This document shows, one piece after another, positions 9,991 through 21,248 of a stretch of 64,000 nucleotides of DNA. The stretch spans positions 1-64,000 of the forward strand of contig CAVUPH010000033.1 in NCBI GenBank assembly GCA_963743305.1, written 5' to 3'. Made by a program: the position numbers and the translations under genes. The notes beneath the pieces were generated by a model. The model was not told the origin of the DNA. It made no database searches and saw only the letters and a program-made list of their open reading frames with translations. This DNA comes from an uncultured delta proteobacterium. Lineage in GTDB: Bacteria > Desulfobacterota > RBG-13-43-22. Every line of letters begins with the position of its first letter. Within the stretch, counting starts at the first letter, position 1.

Positions 9991-10617
9991 ATGACGGACC
10001 CTACGCTGGAAATATTCTCCGATTACGCCTGACCGTGGTGCTATTTCATTACCGGGCGTATTGAAAGATTGCGGGCGGAGTATGAAATCGGCTTACGGTG
10101 GACGGCTTTTCCCCTCCACCCGGAAACACCGGAAAACGGGCAAACCCTGGAACAGCTTTTTGCCGGGCAGGCAGTGGACCTGGATCAGGTGATGGTTCGT
10201 CTAAAGCGTGCGGCCCAGGAAGCGGGGTTGCCTTTTACGGACCGGACGATGACCTATAACAGCCGCCTGGCCCAGGAGCTGGGAAAATGGGCCGAGCGTG
10301 AGGGCCGAGGCGACGGCTTTCACCGTGCGGTTTTTCGGGCTTATTTTGCCCAGGGAACCAATATCGGGAAAGTACGAGAACTCCTGGACTTGGTCCGTTC
10401 CCTTGGGCTTTCGGAAGCGGAAGCCGAAAGGGTGTTGAGGGAGAGGACCTTCAAAGAGGCGGTGGATTTAGACTGGGCCCGGTCGCGCGAACTGGAGATT
10501 CGGGCGGTCCCTACCTTTGTACTGGACCGGCAGTCCCTGGTGGGCGCCCAGCCCTATAAGAAAATAACCGCCTGGCTGGATGCCGCCGGGGTGAGGAGGC
10601 GTGAAAATGGAAAGTAA
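9991..10617 (+). CDS. DsbA/FrnE-like thioredoxin-fold selenoprotein (Sec at TGA 10030-10032)
   Basis: MTDPTLEIFSDYA-TGA-PWCYF is in frame with ORF 10069-10617 (FPLHPETP...AVPTFV...VGAQP); hairpin at 10044-10066. Confidence 0.85.
10044..10066 (+). promoter_or_regulatory. Putative bacterial SECIS hairpin
   Basis: tttca-t-tac[cgggc]gta-t-tgaaa starting 11 nt after the in-frame UGA, with a G-rich apical loop. Confidence 0.6.
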
Positions 10618-11311
10618 ACGAAAACGGCAACCTGCTCCGGCCTGCGCCTCCTGCGACCAGCCCATCGCCCGAAGAATTTGTTTTTCCGAAGCGGGTCTGG
10701 GTTCGAAGGGCTGTCCGACCTTGGCTAAGAAAACCGTTCTGGAAGAGGCCAACCGGGAATATGAGCTGCCGGAGGTGCGGGAGTTTGCCCGCCAGGCCTC
10801 TATCCAAGAGGCCGAATGCTATGCCAATCGGCATGAACGCCCTTATGTCTTGCAGCCTACCAAAACCCGGATGGTGGAAATCATCGAATTTGCCCGCCGG
10901 ATGGGCTACCGGCGATTGGGGCTGGCGTTTTGTTTAGGCCTGGTCAAAGAGGCGGCCCTGGTGGAAGAAATTTTAGTCGGGCAGGGCTTTGAGGTCATTT
11001 CAGCGGTTTGTAAAGCAGGTCAAACCCCCAAAGAAAAAATAGGGATTAGGGAAAAAGAGAAAATCTATCAAGGGACTGCAGAAGCCATGTGCAACCCCAT
11101 ATTTCAGGCTAAGCTGCTCAACGAAGGAAAGACGCAGTTCAATATCCTCTTGGGTTTGTGTGTGGGCCATGATTCGCTCTTTTTTAAGTATGGTCTGGCC
11201 CCCACCACGGTTTTGGCTGTTAAGGACCGGGTCACCGGCCACAACCCCTTGGCGGCAATTTACCTTTCGGATTCCTATTACCGAAAAATTAAGACCGCCC
11301 CAAAAGAATAA
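10607..11311 (+). CDS. DUF1847 family Cys-rich (metal-binding) protein
   Basis: CASC...GCPT, GLAFCLGL, CKAG, MCNPIFQA, GLCVGHDSLF, KDRVTGHNP. Confidence 0.85.
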   Translation: MESKRKRQPAPACASCDQPIARRICFSEAGLGSKGCPTLAKKTVLEEANREYELPEVREFARQASIQEAECYANRHERPYVLQPTKTRMVEIIEFARRMGYRRLGLAFCLGLVKEAALVEEILVGQGFEVISAVCKAGQTPKEKIGIREKEKIYQGTAEAMCNPIFQAKLLNEGKTQFNILLGLCVGHDSLFFKYGLAPTTVLAVKDRVTGHNPLAAIYLSDSYYRKIKTAPKE

Positions 11312-11352
11312 GAACCAGTCAAGAAATAACCTGTACAATACCGCTGATATCT

Positions 11353-11432
11353 CCGTTCATGCTGAGCCTGTCGAAGCATGGCCGTATCTCACCCTTCGAC
11401 TGCTCGACAGGCTCGCAGCTCAGGGCGAACGG
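11353..11432. repeat. REP-like doublet (CCGTTC..CTGAGC.TGTCGAAG / CTTCGAC..GCTCAGGGCGAACGG)
   Basis: Imperfect inverted repeat between convergent genes. Confidence 0.7.
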
Positions 11433-11471
11433 TTGTAGGGCCGCTTTGTCAAGTTGTTTATAGACCCTAAC

Positions 11472-11511
11472 CTCGTAAAAAGTCTTAAAACGACTTTTTG
11501 CGAGTCCGTCA
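11472..11511. repeat. Empty CTCG(C/T)AAAAAGTC...GACTTTTTGCGAG shell repeat
   Basis: 13-bp inverted arms with a 7-nt loop; its end supplies the comEC stop codon. Confidence 0.75.
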
Positions 11512-13956
11512 ATAACTAAAGGGTCCTTTCAAGGTACTTTCCCCCACCCATTTTCCTTTCCAACAGCTAAAACGGATGGCCCCCTCCTGGTCGGTGCGCA
11601 GGATTTTAACGCCCCTATCCAAATAGCGATGGAGAATCTCGGGGTGGGGCACTGGAAAGCGTACGGATCCTCGGGCCGAGAAAACGGCCCAGCGGGGGGC
11701 CACGGCCTCGATGAAGGCCGGTTGGCTGGAAGTGAGGCTCCCGTGGTGGGGGACCTGGAGGACCCGACTCCGGAGGTCGGACCCGCGGTCCAATAAGCTG
11801 TTTTCTACCGGCGCTTCCATGTCCGCCGGCAACAGCACGCGCTGGCCCTGATAGTCGATTTGCAGGACCAGAGAGGAGTTGTTTTGTTCGTGCCAGTTAA
11901 ACGGCTTGGGTCCCGAGGGAAGCGTTGGTTCAGGGTGTAAGATCCGGACACGGACGTCGCCGAAATTTTTTAACCAACCGGCCTTGGGTTGGAAGGAGGG
12001 AATTTTCTTCCGCTGGATCAGGTCTTCGAGGCGTAAAAAAGCTTCCGAATCCGCCCGCTCCCCGTTCCACCAAAACGCTTTGACGATAAATTTTTCCAGA
12101 ATAAAAGGCAGCCCGTTGAGGTGATCGGGATGGAGATGCGTCAAGACCACCGTATCCAGCGAGAAAATTTTCTTCTGCCGGAGAAAGGGACCGACTACGC
12201 GTTCGCCCAGATCAAAGGCCGGATTGGGCGAACCGCCTCCGTCCACCAGCAGGTTTGTGCCGTTGGGGAATTCAACCAGGACGGCGCTGCCGTGTCCCAC
12301 ATCCAGGAAGGTCACTGTAAGTGGGCGGAGCCCAAGAATGGTCTTAATCTGGGGAAAGGAAAAGGTCAGGAGGAGGCCGGCCAGGGCCAAGCCGAGGGCC
12401 CAGGAGGCGCGGGGTATCTTTTTTCGATTAAAGAGGATCAGCAGTACCAAATAGTAAAAGAATATTTCCGTCCAGGAAGGTCGGGAAAAGTGAACAAAGG
12501 CGCCGGGCAGGGAAGCAAAAAACTGGGCAATTCCCCAGGTCCATTCCAGCAAGAGGGTGATGATTCTAAATAAGAAAGCACTGGCAAAGGGAAAAATGGG
12601 GGAAAACCCGATGGCCAATAGACCCAGGGGTACGATGAAAACTCCGGTCAAGGGGACCAGCAATAAATTACTGATCAGACCGATAAAGGAGATCTGGTAA
12701 AACCACCAGGCGACCGCGGGGAGGGTGGCCCATTGAGAGACCAGCGAGACGCAAAAAATCCCCCAAAGATAAAGCAGACCTCGAGAACCCCAAGACGGAT
12801 CTGGTTTTTCCGGGCCCCCGGCGGGGAGCCACAATTTAGGCAGAAGATAACCGATGGCCCAGACGGAAATGAAAGACAATTGAAAGGAAGGACGGAACAG
12901 GGAGGAGGGCGCCAAGAGCAACAGCAGCAAGGCGGCCAGGGCCAGATTGTTTAACAGGTCGGATTGCTTTTTTAAAAGCAGGGCCAGGAACACCAGAGTG
13001 ACCATCAAAAGGGCCCGGGAAACAGGGGGACTCAAGCCGGCTAAGAGGGCATAACCGGCTACCGGAACAAAGGATCCGACCAAGGCCCAAAAACGGACAT
13101 TTAAGTACAACAGGGCCGTTTCGGACAGGCTGAGTAAAAAACGAAAAAAGAAAAAAGCCAAACCGCCGACCAACCCGAGGTTCAATCCGGAAAAGGCCAG
13201 CAGATGGGCTACGCCGGCCTGATTAAAGGCCTCCCGGAATTCCGGAGAAATCTTGCTTTGGTCACCGGTCAGCAGCGCCCGGGCGATTCCGTTGAGCGGG
13301 GCGGGGATGTGGGCGTCGATGAGGGTATTGACCCGAAGACGGGCGGACAGAAAGGAAAGCCGTTTTCCCAGGGTATGGTTGGGACCGGATAAAATCAGGA
13401 GGTCGGGCCGTTCCAGAAATCCGGTCACCCAAATCCCCTGGCGATCCATGACCTTTTGAAAGTCATATCCTCCCGGATTATGGTAGCCCTCGATGGGATG
13501 CAGTCGGCAGACGAATCGGATCGGGTCGCCTGTTTCCAGGTTGTCCACGGTACCGTTAACGGTTAAGAGGATCATTCCCTGGGTGGGAAAGTCTTTCCCC
13601 TGATAACGATAGGCGCTCAGGCGGACAATCAATCGGGTCCGGTCCGGCGAAAAGGTCGGCTCCTGCTGAATGATTCCTGAAAATTGATGAAGTTCCCGGT
13701 CTACAAGAATGGCGGGTACCATCGGCTCGGTAAAACGGGGCGAGAAGAACGAGGTCTGGCTGAGGCCAACGGCCAGGAAAAAAAAGGTTCCCCAATAAAA
13801 GACTAAAGTCGGCCTAACAAAATAAAGGAGACCGAGGGCCACAAAAATAAAGATTAGAACGTAGGGAACATAGGACACCCAACCGGGCGGAAGGGAATCC
13901 CCCAGGAAGAGGCCGACCATGAAGGTCAGCACCAAAGGGATGGCGGGACGGGACAT
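11509..13956 (-). CDS. comEC: DNA internalisation competence protein ComEC/Rec2
   Basis: DUF4131-like N-terminus, HLLAFSGLN, SFQLSF, beta-lactamase-fold FLDVGHG, THLHPDH, PHHGS. Confidence 0.93.
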   Translation of the reverse strand: MSRPAIPLVLTFMVGLFLGDSLPPGWVSYVPYVLIFIFVALGLLYFVRPTLVFYWGTFFFLAVGLSQTSFFSPRFTEPMVPAILVDRELHQFSGIIQQEPTFSPDRTRLIVRLSAYRYQGKDFPTQGMILLTVNGTVDNLETGDPIRFVCRLHPIEGYHNPGGYDFQKVMDRQGIWVTGFLERPDLLILSGPNHTLGKRLSFLSARLRVNTLIDAHIPAPLNGIARALLTGDQSKISPEFREAFNQAGVAHLLAFSGLNLGLVGGLAFFFFRFLLSLSETALLYLNVRFWALVGSFVPVAGYALLAGLSPPVSRALLMVTLVFLALLLKKQSDLLNNLALAALLLLLLAPSSLFRPSFQLSFISVWAIGYLLPKLWLPAGGPEKPDPSWGSRGLLYLWGIFCVSLVSQWATLPAVAWWFYQISFIGLISNLLLVPLTGVFIVPLGLLAIGFSPIFPFASAFLFRIITLLLEWTWGIAQFFASLPGAFVHFSRPSWTEIFFYYLVLLILFNRKKIPRASWALGLALAGLLLTFSFPQIKTILGLRPLTVTFLDVGHGSAVLVEFPNGTNLLVDGGGSPNPAFDLGERVVGPFLRQKKIFSLDTVVLTHLHPDHLNGLPFILEKFIVKAFWWNGERADSEAFLRLEDLIQRKKIPSFQPKAGWLKNFGDVRVRILHPEPTLPSGPKPFNWHEQNNSSLVLQIDYQGQRVLLPADMEAPVENSLLDRGSDLRSRVLQVPHHGSLTSSQPAFIEAVAPRWAVFSARGSVRFPVPHPEILHRYLDRGVKILRTDQEGAIRFSCWKGKWVGESTLKGPFSY

Positions 13957-14104
13957 GGGAAATGTTGTTAGAAATATTCAGGCTTTACATATTCTTTAAC
14001 GGTATAACAGGAATACCGAATAAGGGCAGCGAAGTCAATTGAATAAGCCGTGAGAATAATGGTCCCAGATTTTAGAAATCGTGCATTGGAAGAGATTATA
14101 GACA

Positions 14105-14134
14105 TTGCGATCATAGGTATACAAAGGGTATAAT
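14105..14134 (+). promoter_or_regulatory. Putative sigma70 promoter of brnTA
   Basis: TTGCGA-18nt-TATAAT 9 nt before the ATG. Confidence 0.5.
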
Positions 14135-14143
14135 TCATATGCC

Positions 14144-14404
14144 ATGGAGTTTGAATTCGACCGGGAGAAAAGCGATAAGAACAAAGTAAAGCACGGGATC
14201 GACTTCTATGAGGCGCAAGCCCTGTGGGATGATGCCGACCTCATTGAGGTTCCTGCCAAGACAACGGATGAACCCAGATTCGTCGTCATCGGAAGGATCG
14301 AAGATAAGTACTGGTCAGCGGTTATCACTTATCGTGGCAACAAGGCAAGGCTGATATCCGTAAGACGTTCGCGACGAGAGGAGATTGACGTATATGAAGG
14401 CTGA
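14144..14404 (+). CDS. brnT: BrnT family toxin
   Basis: MEFEFDREKSDKNKVKHGIDF...EPRFVVIG...RLISVRRSR. Confidence 0.9.
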   Translation: MEFEFDREKSDKNKVKHGIDFYEAQALWDDADLIEVPAKTTDEPRFVVIGRIEDKYWSAVITYRGNKARLISVRRSRREEIDVYEG

Positions 14405-14618
14405 GGAATTTGACAAGAAATTTGATGAAGGCGAGGACGTTAGCCAGTATCTTGACTTTTCCAAGGCTCGGAGACCCATCCAGGAGCAAAGGAGGGTCAA
14501 CGTCGACTTTCCTCTATGGATGATTCAGCAGTTAGACAAGGAAGCGAAACGTTTGGGAGTGCCCCGCCAGTCAATCATCAAACTTTGGGTAGCCGAGCGA
14601 CTAAAGAAAGCATCGTAA
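14394..14618 (+). CDS. brnA: BrnA/CopG-family antitoxin
   Basis: MKAEEFDKKFDEGED...RVNVDFPLWMIQQLDKEAKRLGVPRQSIIK; overlaps brnT. Confidence 0.88.
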   Translation: MKAEEFDKKFDEGEDVSQYLDFSKARRPIQEQRRVNVDFPLWMIQQLDKEAKRLGVPRQSIIKLWVAERLKKAS

Positions 14619-14746
14619 TGCTAAAGATTCCAACCAGTAAATCCAGCAGACCCAAAAAGCCGGGTGGCGCGTAGTATTGCCGTATAAGGCTTTTTTCAGA
14701 TTCTGGTCACCCGATTGCCGGATGGCACCAAGTTTATAATGACAAT

Positions 14747-14840
14747 GACCTGAATCAAGCGGATGGACCTGAGCGGCGGTCACGGTCCTCGGCGATGGCT
14801 GGATGATTGGCCGCCGCCCAGTCATCCGCAACGTTCGGTC
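14747..14840 (+). repeat. attC-like site preceding hicB
   Basis: gacctgaatcaagcggatggacctgagcggcgg...ccgccgcccagtcatccgcaacGTTCGGTc; long stem with extrahelical bases. Confidence 0.6.
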
Positions 14841-14855
14841 TACTAGGAGATGAAA

Positions 14856-15054
14856 ATGAAGGGTGAATTCACAGCGATAATAGAAGCAGCACCCGAAGGC
14901 GGCTTTTGGGCCATTTGTCCTGAGGTGCCTGGGGCTAACGGACAGGGCGAAACTATAGAAGAAACCAAGAATAGTCTGCGGGAGGCTATCGAATTGATCC
15001 TCGATTAAAGAACCGTTGGCAAAGAAAATTTTGAAGAATCTGAGCCCAGAATGA
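14856..15054 (+). pseudogene. hicB: Truncated HicB antitoxin (14856-15008) joined to the C-terminal tail of a HicA toxin (15004-15054)
   Basis: MKGEFTAIIEAAPEGGFWAICPEVPGANGQGETIEETKNSLREAIELILD*, then IKEPLAKKILKNLSPE* in another frame; AGGAG RBS. Confidence 0.75.
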
Positions 15055-15137
15055 ATGACCGTGGCAAGGGCCAAGCAGCATTTTATCCCCGACCAAATCT
15101 GGCATTCCACCCCTCGATGTTATAAACGGGAACTCCT

Positions 15138-16400
15138 TTAACCTGTTTCCTTGATCCGTTCAATTTTGGCCCCCAGGGCGGAGAGCTTTTTCTCCAGGGT
15201 TTCATAGCCCCGGTCCAGGTGATAGACCCGGGAGATTTCCGTGATCCCCTCGGCCCGTAAACCCGCCAGAACCAGGGAGGCGCTGGCCCGCAGGTCGGTG
15301 GCCATGACCGGCGCCCCATTCAGGCGGGAGACGCCTTTGACCACCGCCTGGTGGCCGGAAACCTGGATGTCGGCGCCCATTCTTTGGAGTTCACTCACGT
15401 GCATGAACCGATTTTCGAAAATCGTTTCCTGGATGATGCTGGTATCCTGGCTGACGGCCATGAGGGCCATGAACTGGGCCTGCATGTCGGTGGGGAAACC
15501 CGGATAGGGGCGGGTGGTCACGGAGACGCTTCTGACTTTTCGGGGTCCGGAAGCCGTCAGTCCCGCCTTGTTTTGAGCAAACTCCACCCCGGTCTCTTTC
15601 AATTTCGTGATCAGGGCTTCCAGGCAGGAGCCGTCATAATCCGTCAGGGTGATTTCTCCCCCGGTGATTCCGGCCGCCACCAGGTAAGTTCCGGCTTCGA
15701 TGCGGTCGGGCATAACCCGGTAGGTGGCGGGATGCAGGGAAGGGACTCCTTCGACGGTGATGATATCCGTTCCCGCCCCCGCGATCCGAGCCCCCATCCC
15801 TTTCAAAAAAATGGCCAGATCCACTACTTCCGGTTCCTTGGCGGCATTGGCCAAGGTGGTTTTTCCCTTAGCCAGGGTTGCCGCCATCATCAGGTTTTCC
15901 GTCCCGGTGACGGTCGGCAGGTCAAAGACGATTTCAGCACCTTTCAACTGGCGGGCCTTGGCTTCGACGTACCCGTGTTTCAGTTCCAGGCGGGCCCCCA
16001 TCTGTTCCAGGCCTTTCAGGTGCAGGTTGATGGGACGGGCGCCAATGGCGCAGCCGCCCGGCAGGGACACCCGGGCTTTGCCCAGCCGGGCCACCAGCGG
16101 TCCCAGGACCAGGATCGAGGCCCGCATGGTCTTGACCAGATCATAGGGGGCTTCCCAGCCTTTTACCTGGGAGGTATCTAAACGCAGTTCGCTGGGCGAA
16201 ACCTCTTCACACGAGACCCCCAGCCAGGAAAGCAATTTTTTGTGGGTGCGGATATCCCGCAGGGTGGGCAGGTTAGTCAGGGTCGAAATCCCTTCGGTTA
16301 ACAAGGCGGCGGCCATGATCGGCAAGGACGCATTTTTTGCCCCGGAAAGGGAAACCTTTCCCTTTAGAGTCCGACCGCCGTGAATTAGAATTTTATCCAT
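15138..16400 (-). CDS. murA: UDP-N-acetylglucosamine 1-carboxyvinyltransferase
   Basis: [45 protein letters not shown]. Confidence 0.98.
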   Translation of the reverse strand: MDKILIHGGRTLKGKVSLSGAKNASLPIMAAALLTEGISTLTNLPTLRDIRTHKKLLSWLGVSCEEVSPSELRLDTSQVKGWEAPYDLVKTMRASILVLGPLVARLGKARVSLPGGCAIGARPINLHLKGLEQMGARLELKHGYVEAKARQLKGAEIVFDLPTVTGTENLMMAATLAKGKTTLANAAKEPEVVDLAIFLKGMGARIAGAGTDIITVEGVPSLHPATYRVMPDRIEAGTYLVAAGITGGEITLTDYDGSCLEALITKLKETGVEFAQNKAGLTASGPRKVRSVSVTTRPYPGFPTDMQAQFMALMAVSQDTSIIQETIFENRFMHVSELQRMGADIQVSGHQAVVKGVSRLNGAPVMATDLRASASLVLAGLRAEGITEISRVYHLDRGYETLEKKLSALGAKIERIKETG

Positions 16401-17301
16401 TGAATTTCCCTTTCAGCACCCGGTCTTTCCCGGCATAGTCGCGACGAATCAGGGCCGGATCAAAGCCGTTCCGTCGGGCTATTTCCAGCACCGACGGTCC
16501 CTGTGTTTCGCCGATCTCCAGGAGCACCCAGCCGCCGGGTTGGAGGATCTGACGGGCTTGGCCCAGGAGTTCCCGGATAGCGTCCAGCCCGTCCGGTCCG
16601 CCGTCTAAGGCGTTCAGCGGTTCGTAATTTTTTATTCCCGGGTCCAATTCCCGGATTTCTTCCCGGTTTAAATAAGGGGGATTGGAAATCAGCAGATGAA
16701 TTTGCTTTTTGTGGAGAGCGAAAGGGGCCAACCAATTTCCTTGCAGGAAAGAGACCGCCTGGCCAACCTGGTGCTGCCGGGCATTGGCTTCGGCCGTTTT
16801 CAGGGCCGACCAGGACCGGTCGCTGGCCGCCATGAACCCCGGTTCGCTCGGGGTGGTCAACAGGGTCTTGGCCAGGGAAATGATTATAGCCCCTGAACCC
16901 GTTCCCAGTTCGATCGTATTTTTCAGGGAAGGGTCGGCTTGGAGCAGGGCCAAGGCCTCTTCCACCAGAAGTTCGGTTTCCGGCCGGGGAATAAGGACTG
17001 AGGGGTTTACTTCAAAAGAGAGCGACCAGAATTCCTTGCGGCCCAGAATATAGGCGACCGGTTCATTTTGGACCCGGCGGAGCAGAAGGGCTTTGAAGGC
17101 CGCCAATTCGGCCGGGTTCAGCGGTCGATCAAATTGCAGAAATAACCCCAGGCGATCCAGGCTGAGGACCGTGCCCAAGAGGAGTTCCGCACTCAGACGG
17201 GGTTCCAAAACCCCTTTCCCCCGGAGGTATTCCCGGGACCAGTCGATGGTTTTAATTACGGTCCAGGGTTCATCGGTCTTTTTATTGGTTGTTTCGGCCA
17301 T
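16393..17301 (-). CDS. prmC: Release factor glutamine methyltransferase
   Basis: [22 protein letters not shown]; downstream of prfA. Confidence 0.96.
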   Translation of the reverse strand: MAETTNKKTDEPWTVIKTIDWSREYLRGKGVLEPRLSAELLLGTVLSLDRLGLFLQFDRPLNPAELAAFKALLLRRVQNEPVAYILGRKEFWSLSFEVNPSVLIPRPETELLVEEALALLQADPSLKNTIELGTGSGAIIISLAKTLLTTPSEPGFMAASDRSWSALKTAEANARQHQVGQAVSFLQGNWLAPFALHKKQIHLLISNPPYLNREEIRELDPGIKNYEPLNALDGGPDGLDAIRELLGQARQILQPGGWVLLEIGETQGPSVLEIARRNGFDPALIRRDYAGKDRVLKGKFNG

Positions 17302-17440
17302 TTATTCAGGGTGGTGGTCGCACCCGGGGGAGTGAGGGGGGGAGGTAACGATGGTCCCCTTTAGTTGCTTACACCATTTTAATCCGAGCATTTATCTCTT
17401 TTGAATTTCGAATTTGAACCAAAAATCCAAAAATTTTTGG

Positions 17441-18502
17441 TTAGGCTTTGAGGTGTTCCGACTGGTAATGGGTATTCAGGGCCTCAATGACTTCGGATAA
17501 TTTCCCTTCCATGATTTCATCCAAATGATAGAGGGTCAGCCCAATGCGATGGTCGGTCAGCCGGTTTTGGGGGAAGTTGTAGGTCCTGATGCGCTCGCTG
17601 CGGTCACCTGACCCGACCTGGCTTTTGCGGTTTTCGGCGATCTTATCCTGCTGTTCTTTGACTTTTAAGTCCTGGATCCGGGCCCTCAATATCTTTAGCG
17701 CTTTGGCCTTGTTTTTATGCTGAGATTTTTCGTCCTGACAGGAAACGACCAGACCGGTAGGTAAATGGGTGATCCGAATCGCGGAGTCGGTGGTATTGAC
17801 GCTCTGCCCGCCCGGCCCGGAGGAACGGAAGACATCCACCCGGATTTCTTCCGGATCGATGACCACATCCACTTCTTCGGCCTCCGGCAAGACGGCCACG
17901 GTAACGGCCGAAGTGTGCAGCCGCCCTTGAGCTTCGGTGGAGGGCACCCGCTGCACCCGGTGGACCCCGCTTTCATATTTCAATTTGCTGTAGGCCCCCT
18001 GACCCTCGATCAAGACGATGATTTCTTTGAATCCACCCATGCCGGTGGGATGGTCGCTCATGACTTCCACGCGCCAATGCATGATTTCGGCGAATTTGGA
18101 GTAGAGGCGAAACAGGTCGGCGGCAAAGAGGGCGGCCTCATCCCCCCCGGTCCCGGCCCGAATTTCCAGCAGGGTATTTTTTTCGTCGTTGGGGTCCTTG
18201 GGCAGCAAAAGGACCATGATCTCTTCTTCCACCCGGGTCGATTGCTCCCGGAGTTGCTGCATTTCGGTCCGGGCCAGGTCGCGCATCTCCGGGTCGGGGT
18301 CTTCCAGAAGTTCCGTGTTTTGCCGGATGGCTTCGCTCAGGGCCTTGAGTTGGCGGTATTTGCCGATGAGGGGGGCCAGATCGGAATGTTCCTTGGCCAG
18401 CTTCTGGTAAGCCGCCTGGTTGCGAAGAATTTCAACATCCCCGAGGGATTCCTCGACCTTGGCAAAACGGCCCTCCACTTCCTCCAGTTTCTCGAACAGC
18501 AT
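17441..18502 (-). CDS. prfA: Peptide chain release factor 1
   Basis: [17 protein letters not shown] (PxT), GPGGQSVN. Confidence 0.98.
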   Translation of the reverse strand: MLFEKLEEVEGRFAKVEESLGDVEILRNQAAYQKLAKEHSDLAPLIGKYRQLKALSEAIRQNTELLEDPDPEMRDLARTEMQQLREQSTRVEEEIMVLLLPKDPNDEKNTLLEIRAGTGGDEAALFAADLFRLYSKFAEIMHWRVEVMSDHPTGMGGFKEIIVLIEGQGAYSKLKYESGVHRVQRVPSTEAQGRLHTSAVTVAVLPEAEEVDVVIDPEEIRVDVFRSSGPGGQSVNTTDSAIRITHLPTGLVVSCQDEKSQHKNKAKALKILRARIQDLKVKEQQDKIAENRKSQVGSGDRSERIRTYNFPQNRLTDHRIGLTLYHLDEIMEGKLSEVIEALNTHYQSEHLKA

Positions 18503-18511
18503 AGGCGGTAG

Positions 18512-19450
18512 TTAAACAATCTGCGGGTTGACGGGTCGCCCTTCCAGGCTAAGTACTCGGGACAGGGCCTGCAGGGCAACTTCAATCTGGTCTTCGGTAG
18601 GTTCCTGGGTGGTAAGATGTTGAATCCAGAGGCCGGGGAGAATCATTACCCGGACCCAGGGAAGGTTGGCCTTCTTGCCTGAATATTTAATGGCTTCGTA
18701 GGCTAACCCCGTGATGGGAATCATCAAGAGGATTTTGAAAAATATATAGAAGCCATTTTTTACCCAGACCGATAGACCGGCGAATTTGGGCAGAAATGGA
18801 AATAGAAATGAAAAAAGCAGGATGCTGATAATCAACAAGAGCAGAATGAACGAAGTGCCGCAGCGGGGGTGCAGGGTGGAGTGACGCTTGGCGTTCTCTA
18901 CGGTCAAGGCCTCCCCGGCTTCGTAGGTAAAGATCGATTTATGCTCCGCCCCATGATACTGAAAAATACGACGAATCTCCTTGAACCGGGAGATAATCCA
19001 GATATAGGCAATGAAGATAAAGACCTTAATGAGACCGTCTATAATATGAAAGGTCAGGGACTCCACCCCGAAGCGGTAGGGCGAAATCGTCCCCAGGAAG
19101 GCGCTGATGGCATGGGGCAGGGCGACAAAAAGGCCCAGGCCGATCAAGATGGCCAAGCTCATGGTCAAAAACATGGTCCAGGAACTAAGGTCCTTTTTTT
19201 CTTCCTCCTCGGCCAAGGCTTGGTTGGCGGAATAATTAAGGGCCTGAATCCCCTGGACCAGGGTCTCGATGAGGGTCAAGGTACCCCGCAGCACCGGCCA
19301 CTTGAGAAAACTCCAGCGATCGGACCAAGGATGGAGGAGATCTTCCTTAAAAGCAATCTCCCCGTTAGGCTTTCGTACCACCACGGCTAAGGATTTAGGG
19401 GCTTTCATCATTACCCCTTCAATAACTGCCTGTCCGCCGACTTGAATCAT
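18512..19450 (-). CDS. DUF1385 membrane protein
   Basis: VGGQAVIEGVMM, YHGAEHK, HPRCGTSF, TTQEP. Confidence 0.93.
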   Translation of the reverse strand: MIQVGGQAVIEGVMMKAPKSLAVVVRKPNGEIAFKEDLLHPWSDRWSFLKWPVLRGTLTLIETLVQGIQALNYSANQALAEEEEKKDLSSWTMFLTMSLAILIGLGLFVALPHAISAFLGTISPYRFGVESLTFHIIDGLIKVFIFIAYIWIISRFKEIRRIFQYHGAEHKSIFTYEAGEALTVENAKRHSTLHPRCGTSFILLLLIISILLFSFLFPFLPKFAGLSVWVKNGFYIFFKILLMIPITGLAYEAIKYSGKKANLPWVRVMILPGLWIQHLTTQEPTEDQIEVALQALSRVLSLEGRPVNPQIV

Positions 19451-19468
19451 AGTAAAGGGGGCTCCTGA

Positions 19469-19693
19469 TTAATTGGCTTCCGGTTGGGCCGCCTTGACCT
19501 TGGCGTACTTTTTCTGAAACCGCTCCACCCTTCCGGCGGTGTCCATCAGTTTCTGCTTACCGGTAAAAAAAGGATGGCATTGGGAACAGATCTCTACCCG
19601 GATTTCCTTTTGCGTCGAGCCGGTGGGAAGTTCCGCCCCGCAGGCGCAGCGGGCAGTGATTTGATGATACGGGGGATGAATTTTTTCTTTCAT
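19469..19693 (-). CDS. rpmE: 50S ribosomal protein L31 (Zn-binding type)
   Basis: [26 protein letters not shown]. Confidence 0.97.
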   Translation of the reverse strand: MKEKIHPPYHQITARCACGAELPTGSTQKEIRVEICSQCHPFFTGKQKLMDTAGRVERFQKKYAKVKAAQPEAN

Positions 19694-19720
19694 GATTGTT
19701 TTTCTCCTTACCTTAAACGA

Positions 19721-20971
19721 TTATCTATTCATCAAACTCAAAAATTCGGCATTGTTCTTCGTGCCTTCCATTTTCTCCAGGAGAAACTCCATGCTGTCCA
19801 CCGGGGTTAGAGGTGCCAACAGTTTGCGCAGGATCCAGACCCGGTTCAGTTCATCCGGAGACAGGAGCAATTCTTCCTTGCGGGTCCCGGATCGATTGAT
19901 GTCAATGGCCGGAAAGATACGCTTATCGCTCAGCTTCCGGTCTAAATGGATTTCCATGTTGCCGGTTCCCTTAAATTCCTCGAAAATCACTTCGTCCATT
20001 CGGCTCCCGGTATCGACCAGGGCGGTGGCCATAATGGTCAGGCTCCCCCCCTCTTCAATATTTCGAGCCGCGCCAAAAAAACGTTTGGGCCGATGCAGGG
20101 CATTGGAATCCACCCCACCGGAGAGAATCTTGCCGCTGGGAGGAACCACGGTATTGTAGGCCCGGGCCAAGCGGGTGATACTGTCCAGGAGAATGACCAC
20201 GTCCCGTTTGTGTTCAACGAGTCTTTTGGCTTTCTCTATAACCATCTCGGCCACTTGGATGTGACGCTGGGCCGGTTCGTCAAAGGTTGAACTGATCACC
20301 TCGGCCTTGACCGAACGCTGCATATCGGTGACTTCTTCGGGCCGTTCATCGATCAATAGTACAATCAATATAATGTCTTTATAATTTTTAGCAACGCTGT
20401 TGGCGATATTTTGCAGGAGCATGGTTTTTCCGCTGCGGGGCGGGGAGACAATCAGTCCCCGCTGACCCTTGCCGATGGGGGTCAACAGATCCATAATCCG
20501 CACCGAATAATTTTTGGATTCGTCGGTCTCCAGGCCGATACGCTGATTGGGATAAAGGGGGGTCAGGTTGTCGAACAGAATTTTATCGCGGGCCAGTTCC
20601 GGGTCCTCGTAATTAATGGCCTCCACTTTCAGGAGAGCGAAGTAGCGTTCGTTATCTTTGGGAGGGCGAATCTGACCGGCCGTGACGTCCCCGGTTCTCA
20701 GGTTAAAACGACGGATTTGGGAGGGAGACACATAAATGTCATCCGGTCCGGGGAGATAATTATAATCGGGCGCCCGAAGAAAGCCAAACCCGTCCGGGAG
20801 AATTTCCAAAACCCCCTCGCCATAGATGAGGCCGTTTTTTTCCGTCTGGGCTTGCAGAATGGCAAAAATGAGTTCTTGTTTTCTCATCCCGCTGGCCCCC
20901 TCGACGTTCAGTTCTCGGGCCATGGACGTAAGTTCGCTAATTTTTATTTCTTTCAGTTCGGCTAGGTTCAT
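19721..20971 (-). CDS. rho: Transcription termination factor Rho
   Basis: [36 protein letters not shown]. Confidence 0.99.
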   Translation of the reverse strand: MNLAELKEIKISELTSMARELNVEGASGMRKQELIFAILQAQTEKNGLIYGEGVLEILPDGFGFLRAPDYNYLPGPDDIYVSPSQIRRFNLRTGDVTAGQIRPPKDNERYFALLKVEAINYEDPELARDKILFDNLTPLYPNQRIGLETDESKNYSVRIMDLLTPIGKGQRGLIVSPPRSGKTMLLQNIANSVAKNYKDIILIVLLIDERPEEVTDMQRSVKAEVISSTFDEPAQRHIQVAEMVIEKAKRLVEHKRDVVILLDSITRLARAYNTVVPPSGKILSGGVDSNALHRPKRFFGAARNIEEGGSLTIMATALVDTGSRMDEVIFEEFKGTGNMEIHLDRKLSDKRIFPAIDINRSGTRKEELLLSPDELNRVWILRKLLAPLTPVDSMEFLLEKMEGTKNNAEFLSLMNR

Positions 20972-21248
20972 TGCTTCCTCGGTTTTTTAGTTGATAAAGG
21001 TACTCAGGCGTGACCTTAATTAGTTAGACCTATCTGGAGAACAGGGTAATTCCCATCCCGAAAGAGGAAGTTGATTCAGTGAGTTCCTTGAGGGTTGGGT
21101 TTAATTCCAAAAAGATTGGATTGTGTAATGGGATTTGCCGGATTTTTTGGGTTACTCGGTCTTTTCAGGATGGTGCGGATAATTTAAGGATTCTTTTCTC
21201 CTTCCCGCTGTATTTAGGATACATAGATAGAACATAAAAAAAGAATTG

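Noticed and set aside
15241-20965. Long antisense and alternate-frame ORFs over murA, prfA and rho (and similarly gatB, mtnA, moxR)
   Set aside because: Shadow ORFs expected from GC-rich codon usage opposite conserved genes.
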